Both the position numbers and the translations under genes were made by a program. Positions 57,226 through 64,000 of a DNA stretch of 64,000 bases are shown piece by piece (position 1 is the stretch's first letter; each line of letters opens with the position of its first letter). The DNA comes from Auanema rhodensis (Eukaryota > Animalia > Nematoda): assembly GCA_964057225.1 (NCBI GenBank), contig OZ059894.1:22072001-22136000 (forward strand), read 5' to 3'. The notes under the pieces are model-generated. The model ran no database searches and was not told the DNA's origin. It saw nothing but the letters and a program-made list of their open reading frames with translations.

Positions 57226-60200
57226 GTGTATTAAGCGTTTCTTGATGTAGTATAGTGCATTCGATGCGGATTTTTAAGCTGCGTCGATCTGTGTTATCAG
57301 ATTTGCGCTAGCTTAAAAATGCACCGAGATATCAACTGATATAAGTTCACACTTATATCCTCGATTTTCACCCTGAAGAATTAATTTTTTCGTTGAATAA
57401 CATTGTCCATCGTCTTTGCCTTAAAAAAAGGAATCTAAAAACATCTACTTTTTGCTAAATTATTCTGAAATTTTTCGAAAAAATTTTTGTCAAAATGTTT
57501 TTGGAAGCAATGTTGAGTGTACATGGAAACTCAACATACACTAATGCATCATTTTTCAAACGATCATAACTAATTTGTGTATTAAGCGTTTCTTGATGTA
57601 GTATAGTGCATTCGATGCGGATTTTTAAGCTGCGTCGATCTGTGTTATCAGATTTGCGCTAGCTTAAAAATGCACCGAGATATCAACTGATATAAGTTCA
57701 CACTTATATCCTCGATTTTCACCCTGAAGAATTAATTTTTTCGTTGAATAACATTGTCCATCGTCTTTGCCTTAAAAAAAGGAATCTAAAAACATCTACT
57801 TTTTGCTAAATTATTCTGAAATTTTTCGAAAAAATTTTTGTCAAAATGTTTTTGGAAGCAATGTTGAGTGTACATGGAAACTCAACATACACTAATGCAT
57901 CATTTTTCAAACGATCATAACTAATTTGTGTATTAAGCGTTTCTTGATGTAGTATAGTGCATTCGATGCGGATTTTTAAGCTGCGTCGATCTGTGTTAAC
58001 AGATTTGCGCTAGCTTAAAAATGCACCGAGATATCAACTGATATAAGTTCACACTTATATCCTCGATTTTCACCCTGAAGAATTAATTTTTTCGTTGAAT
58101 AACATTGTCCATCGTCTTTGCCTTAAAAAAAGGAATCTAAAAACATCTACTTTTTGCTAAATTATTCTGAAATTTTTCGAAAAAATTTTTGTCAAAATGT
58201 TTTTGGAAGCAATGTTGAGTGTACATGGAAACTCAACATACACTAATGCATCATTTTTCAAACGATCATAACTAATTTGTGTATTAAGCGTTTCTTGATG
58301 TAGTATAGTGCATTCGATGCGGATTTTTAAGCTGCGTCGATCTGTGTTATCAGATTTGCGCTAGCTTAAAAATGCACCGAGATATCAACTGATATAAGTT
58401 CACACTTATATCCTCGATTTTCACCCTGAAGAATTAATTTTTTCGTTGAATAACATTGTCCATCGTCTTTGCCTTAAAAAAAGGAATCTAAAAACATCTA
58501 CTTTTTGCTAAATTATTCTGAAATTTTTCGAAAAAATTTTTGTCAAAATGTTTTTGGAAGCAATGTTGAGTGTACATGGAAACTCAACATACACTAATGC
58601 ATCATTTTTCAAACGATCATAACTAATTTGTGTATTAAGCGTTTCTTGATGTAGTATAGTGCATTCGATGCGGATTTTTAAGCTGCGTCGATCTGTGTTA
58701 TCAGATTTGCGCTAGCTTAAAAATGCACCGAGATATCAACTGATATAAGTTCACACTTATATCCTCGATTTTCACCCTGAAGAATTAATTTTTTCGTTGA
58801 ATAACATTGTCTATCGTCTTTGCCTTGAAAAATGGAATCTAAAAACATCTACTTTTTGCTAAATTATTTTGAAATTTTTCGAAAAAATTTTTGTCAAAAT
58901 GTTTTTGGAAGCAATGTTGAGTGTACATGGAAACTCAACATACACTAATGCATCATTTTTCAAACGATCATAACTAATTTTTGTATCAAGCGTTTCTTGA
59001 TGTAGTATAGTGCATTCGATGCGGATTTTTAAGCTGCGTCGATCTGTGTTATCAGATTTGCGCTAGCTTAAAAATGCACCGAGATATCAACTGATATAAG
59101 TTCACACTTATATCCTCGATTTTCACCCTGAAGAATTAATTTTTTCGTTGAATAACATTGTCCATCGTCTTTGCCTTAAAAAAAGGAATCTAAAAACATC
59201 TACTTTTTGCTAAATTATTCTGAAATTTTTCGAAAAAATTTTTGTCAAAATGTTTTTGGAAGCAATGTTGAGTGTACATGGAAACTCAACATACACTAAT
59301 GCATCATTTTTCAAACGATCATAACTAATTTGTGTATTAAGCGTTTCTTGATGTAGTATAGTGCATTCGATGCGGATTTTTAAGCTGCGTCGATCTGTGT
59401 TATCAGATTTGCGCTAGCTTAAAAATGCACCGAGATATCAACTGATATAAGTTCACACTTATATCCTCGATTTTCACCCTGAAGAATTAATTTTTTCGTT
59501 GAATAACATTGTCCATCGTCTTTGCCTTAAAAAAAGGAATCTAAAAACATCTACTTTTTGCTAAATTATTTTGAAATTTTTCGAAAAAATTTTTGTCAAA
59601 ATGTTTTTGGAAGCAATGTTGAGTGTACATGGAAACTCAACATACACTAATGCATCATTTTTCAAACGATCATAACTAATTTTTGTATCAAGCGTTTCTT
59701 GATGTAGTATAGTGCATTCGATGCGGATTTTTAAGCTGCGTCGATCTGTGTTATCAGATTTGCGCTAGCTTAAAAATGCACCGAGATATCAACTGATATA
59801 AGTTCACACTTATATCCTCGATTTTCACCCTGAAGAATTAATTTTTTCGTTGAATAACATTGTCTATCGTCTTTGCCTTGAAAAATGGAATCTAAAAACA
59901 TCTACTTTTTGCTAAATTATTTAGAAATTTTTCGAAAAAATTTTTGTCAAAATGTTTTTGGAAGCAATGTTGAGTGTACATGGAAACTCAACATACACTA
60001 ATGCATCATTTTTCAAACGATCATAACTAATTTTTGTATCAAGCGTTTCTTGATGTAGTATAGTGCATTCGATGCGGATTTTTAAGCTGCGTCGATCTGT
60101 GTTATCAGATTTGCGCTAGCTTAAAAATGCACCGAGATATCAACTGATATAAGTTCACACTTATATCCTCGATTTTCACCCTGAAGAATCAATTTTTTCG

Positions 60201-63200
60201 TTGAATAACATTGTCCATCGTCTTTGCCTTAAAAAAAGGAATCTAAAAACATCTACTTTTTGCTAAATTATTCTAAAATTTTTCGAAAAAATTTTTGTCA
60301 AAATGTTTTTGGAAGCAATGTTGAGTGTACATGGAAACTCAACATACACTAATGCATCATTTTTCAAACGATCATAACTAATTTGTGTATTAAGCGTTTC
60401 TTGATGTAGTATAGTGCATTCGATGCGGATTTTTAAGCTGCGTCGATCTGTGTTATCAGATTTGCGCTAGCTTAAAAATGCACCGAGATATCAACTGATA
60501 TAAGTTCACACTTATATCCTCGATTTTCACCCTGAAGAATTAATTTTTTCGTTGAATAACATTGTCCATCGTCTTTGCCTTAAAAAAAGGAATCTAAAAA
60601 CATCTACTTTTTGCTAAATTATTCTGAAATTTTTCGAAAAAATTTTTGTCAAAATGTTTTTGGAAGCAATGTTGAGTGTACATGGAAACTCAACATACAC
60701 TAATGCATCATTTTTCAAACGATCATAACTAATTTTTGTATCAAGCGTTTCTTGATGTAGTATAGTGCATTCGATGCGGATTTTTAAGCTGCGTCGATCT
60801 GTGTTATCAGATTTGCGCTAGCTTAAAAATGCACCGAGATATCAACTGATATAAGTTCACACTTATATCCTCGATTTTCACCCTGAAGAATTAATTTTTT
60901 CGTTGAATAACATTGTCCATCGTCTTTGCCTTAAAAAAAGGAATCTAAAAACATCTACTTTTTGCTAAATTATTCTGAAATTTTTCGAAAAAATTTTTGT
61001 CAAAATGTTTTTGGAAGCAATGTTGAGTGTACATGGAAACTCAACATACACTAATGCATCATTTTTCAAACGATCATAACTAATTTGTGTGTTAAGCGTT
61101 TCTTGATGTAGTATAGTGCATTCGATGCGGATTTTTAAGCTGCGTCGATCTGTGTTATCAGATTTGCGCTAGCTTAAAAATGCACCGAGATATCAACTGA
61201 TATAAGTTCACACTTATATCCTCGATTTTCACCCTGAAGAATTAATTTTTTCGTTGAATAACATTGTCCATCGTCTTTGCCTTAAAAAAAGGAATCTAAA
61301 AACATCTACTTTTTGCTAAATTATTCTGAAATGTTTCGAAAAAATTTTTGTCAAAATGTTTTTGGAAGCAATGTTGAGTGTACATGGAAACTCAACATAC
61401 ACTAATGCATCATTTTTCAAACGATCATAACTAATTTTTGTATCAAGCGTTTCTTGATGTAGTATAGTGCATTCGATGCGGATTTTTAAGCTGCGTCGAT
61501 CTGTGTTATCAGATTTGCGCTAGCTTAAAAATGCACCGAGATATCAACTGATATAAGTTCACACTTATATCCTCGATTTTCACCCTGAAGAATTAATTTT
61601 TTCGTTGAATAACATTGTCCATCGTCTTTGCCTTAAAAAAAGGAATCTAAAAACATCTACTTTTTGCTAAATTATTCTGAAATTTTTCGAAAAAATTTTT
61701 GTCAAAATGTTTTTGGAAGCAATGTTGAGTGTACATGGAAACTCAACATACACTAATGCATCATTTTTCAAACGATCATAACTAATTTTTGTATCAAGCG
61801 TTTCTTGATGTAGTATAGTGCATTCGATGCGGATTTTTAAGCTGCGTCGATCTGTGTTATCAGATTTGCGCTAGCTTAAAAATGCACCGAGATATCAACT
61901 GATATAAGTTCACACTTATATCCTCGATTTTCACCCTGAAGAATTAATTTTTTCGTTGAATAACATTGTCCATCGTCTTTGCCTTAAAAAAAGGAATCTA
62001 AAAACATCTACTTTTTGCTAAATTATTCTGAAATTTTTCGAAAAAATTTTTGTCAAAATGTTTTTGGAAGCAATGTTGAGTGTACATGGAAACTCAACAT
62101 ACACTAATGCATCATTTTTCAAACGATCATAACTAATTTGTGTATTAAGCGTTTCTTGATGTAGTATAGTGCATTCGATGCGGATTTTTAAGCTGCGTCG
62201 ATCTGTGTTATCAGATTTGCGCTAGCTTAAAAATGCACCGAGATATCAACTGATATAAGTTCACACTTATATCCTCGATTTTCACCCTGAAGAATTAATT
62301 TTTTCGTTGAATAACATTGTCCATCGTCTTTGCCTTAAAAAAAGGAATCTAAAAACATCTACTTTTTGCTAAATTATTCTGAAATGTTTCGGAAAAATTT
62401 TTGTCAAAATGTTTTTGGAAGCAATGTTGAGTGTACATGGAAACTCAACATACACTAATGCATCATTTTTCAAACGATCATAACTAATTTTTGTATCAAG
62501 CGTTTCTTGATGTAGTATAGTGCATTCGATGCGGATTTTTAAGCTGCGTCGATCTGTGTTATCAGATTTGCGCTAGCTTAAAAATGCACCGAGATATCAA
62601 CTGATATAAGTTCACACTTATATCCTCGATTTTCACCCTGAAGAATTAATTTTTTCGTTGAATAACATTGTCCATCGTCTTTGCCTCAAAAAAAGGAATC
62701 TAAAAACATCTACTTTTTGCTAAATTATTCTGAAATTTTTCGAAAAAATTTTTGTCAAAATGTTTTTGGAAGCAATGTTGAGTGTACATGGAAACTCAAC
62801 ATACACTAATGCATCATTTTTCAAACGATCATAACTAATTTTTGTATCAAGCGTTTCTTGATGTAGTATAGTGCATTCGATGCGGATTTTTAAGCTGCGT
62901 CGATCTGTGTTATCAGATTTGCGCTAGCTTAAAAATGCACCGAGATATCAACTGATATAAGTTCACACTTATATCCTCGATTTTCACCCTGAAGAATTAA
63001 TTTTTTCGTTGAATAACATTGTCCATCGTCTTTGCCTTAAAAAAAGGAATCTAAAAACATCTACTTTTTGCTAAATTATTCTGAAATTTTTCGAAAAAAT
63101 TTTTGTCAAAATGTTTTTGGAAGCAATGTTGAGTGTACATGGAAACTCAACATACACTAATGCATCATTTTTCAAACGATCATAACTAATTTGTGTATTA

Positions 63201-64000
63201 AGCGTTTCTTGATGTAGTATAGTGCATTCGATGCGGATTTTTAAGCTGCGTCGATCTGTGTTATCAGATTTGCGCTAGCTTAAAAATGCACCGAGATATC
63301 AACTGATATAAGTTCACACTTATATCCTCGATTTTCACCCTGAAGAATTAATTTTTTCGTTGAATAACATTGTCCATCGTCTTTGCCTTAAAAAAAGGAA
63401 TCTAAAAACATCTACTTTTTGCTAAATTATTCTGAAATTTTTCGAAAAAATTTTTGTCAAAATGTTTTTGGAAGCAATGTTGAGTGTACATGGAAACTCA
63501 ACATACACTAATGCATCATTTTTCAAACGATCATAACTAATTTTTGTATCAAGCGTTTCTTGATGTAGTATAGTGCATTCGATGCGGATTTTTAAGCTGC
63601 GTCGATCTGTGTTATCAGATTTGCGCTAGCTTAAAAATGCACCGAGATATCAACTGATATAAGTTCACACTTATATCCTCGATTTTCACCCTGAAGAATT
63701 AATTTTTTCGTTGAATAACATTGTCTATCGTCTTTGCCTTGAAAAATGGAATCTAAAAACATCTACTTTTTGCTAAATTATTTTGAAATTTTTCGAAAAA
63801 ATTTTTGTCAAAATGTTTTTGGAAGCAATGTTGAGTGTACATGGAAACTCAACATACACTAATGCATCATTTTTCAAACGATCATAACTAATTTTTGTAT
63901 CAAGCGTTTCTTGATGTAGTATAGTGCATTCGATGCGGATTTTTAAGCTGCGTCGATCTGTGTTATCAGATTTGCGCTAGCTTAAAAATGCACCGAGATA
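57130..64000. repeat. Nearly homogeneous monomeric domain
   Basis: Almost all monomers carry TTCTTGATG, CTTAAAAAAAGG and TTATTCTG. They differ mainly by TTGTGTATTAAGC versus TTTTGTATCAAGC plus singletons. Confidence 0.82.

Larger units (their letters stand above)
1..64000. repeat. Satellite DNA array, 351-bp monomer, ~182.6 head-to-tail copies, truncated by both window edges
   Basis: AAATTTTTGTCAAAATG at 1 recurs at 352, 703 and so on. The last monomer starts at 63799 = 182x351 - 12x7 + 1. Spacings in the ORF track are all multiples of 351 minus multiples of 7. No non-satellite sequence was seen. Confidence 0.99.

Noticed and set aside
1-64000. Giant repetitive protein gene (351 is divisible by 3)
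   Set aside because: No ORF longer than 79 aa in any frame, stops recur in every monomer, and 7-bp deletions shift the frame.
1-64000. CRISPR-like, integron-cassette or variable-cassette array
   Set aside because: Hairpins are present, but the sequence between them is as repeated as the hairpins. There are no unique spacers or cassettes and no cas, integrase or reverse transcriptase genes.
1-64000. Rolling-circle/concatemer sequencing artefact
   Set aside because: Variants are inherited in ordered, nested blocks and domains with no random indels, which is not what repeated reads of one circular template would give.

Overview
The whole 64-kb window is one uninterrupted head-to-tail satellite DNA array: about 182.6 copies of a 351-bp, AT-rich monomer (about 31% GC by hand count of monomer 1), all in one orientation and differing by only a few substitutions. 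I found no genes, RNA genes, transposon insertions, inversions or CRISPR spacers. All supplied ORFs are by-products of single-base variants that remove a stop codon in some monomers. The only length variant is one 7-bp deletion (344-bp monomer), present 12 times between 17.4 and 36.7 kb; it fully accounts for the phase at the window end. Diagnostic variants show (i) about five successive sequence domains, (ii) many short-lived higher-order duplications (2-, 3-, 4-, 5-, 6-, 9- and 22/24-monomer periods) rather than one fixed higher-order repeat (HOR), and (iii) a rare three-monomer haplotype at both ~14.5 kb and ~48.5 kb that brackets the central expansion. The monomer is dense in inverted repeats and is not CpG-depleted. 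This fits a (peri)centromeric or heterochromatic satellite of a eukaryote with little CpG methylation, possibly an invertebrate, but I do not recognise the family or host. I cannot support a novel gene-encoded system here; the interest is in array evolution and monomer structure. All variant calls were made by eye, not by computed alignment. 'Monomer position' is counted with window base 1 as position 1.
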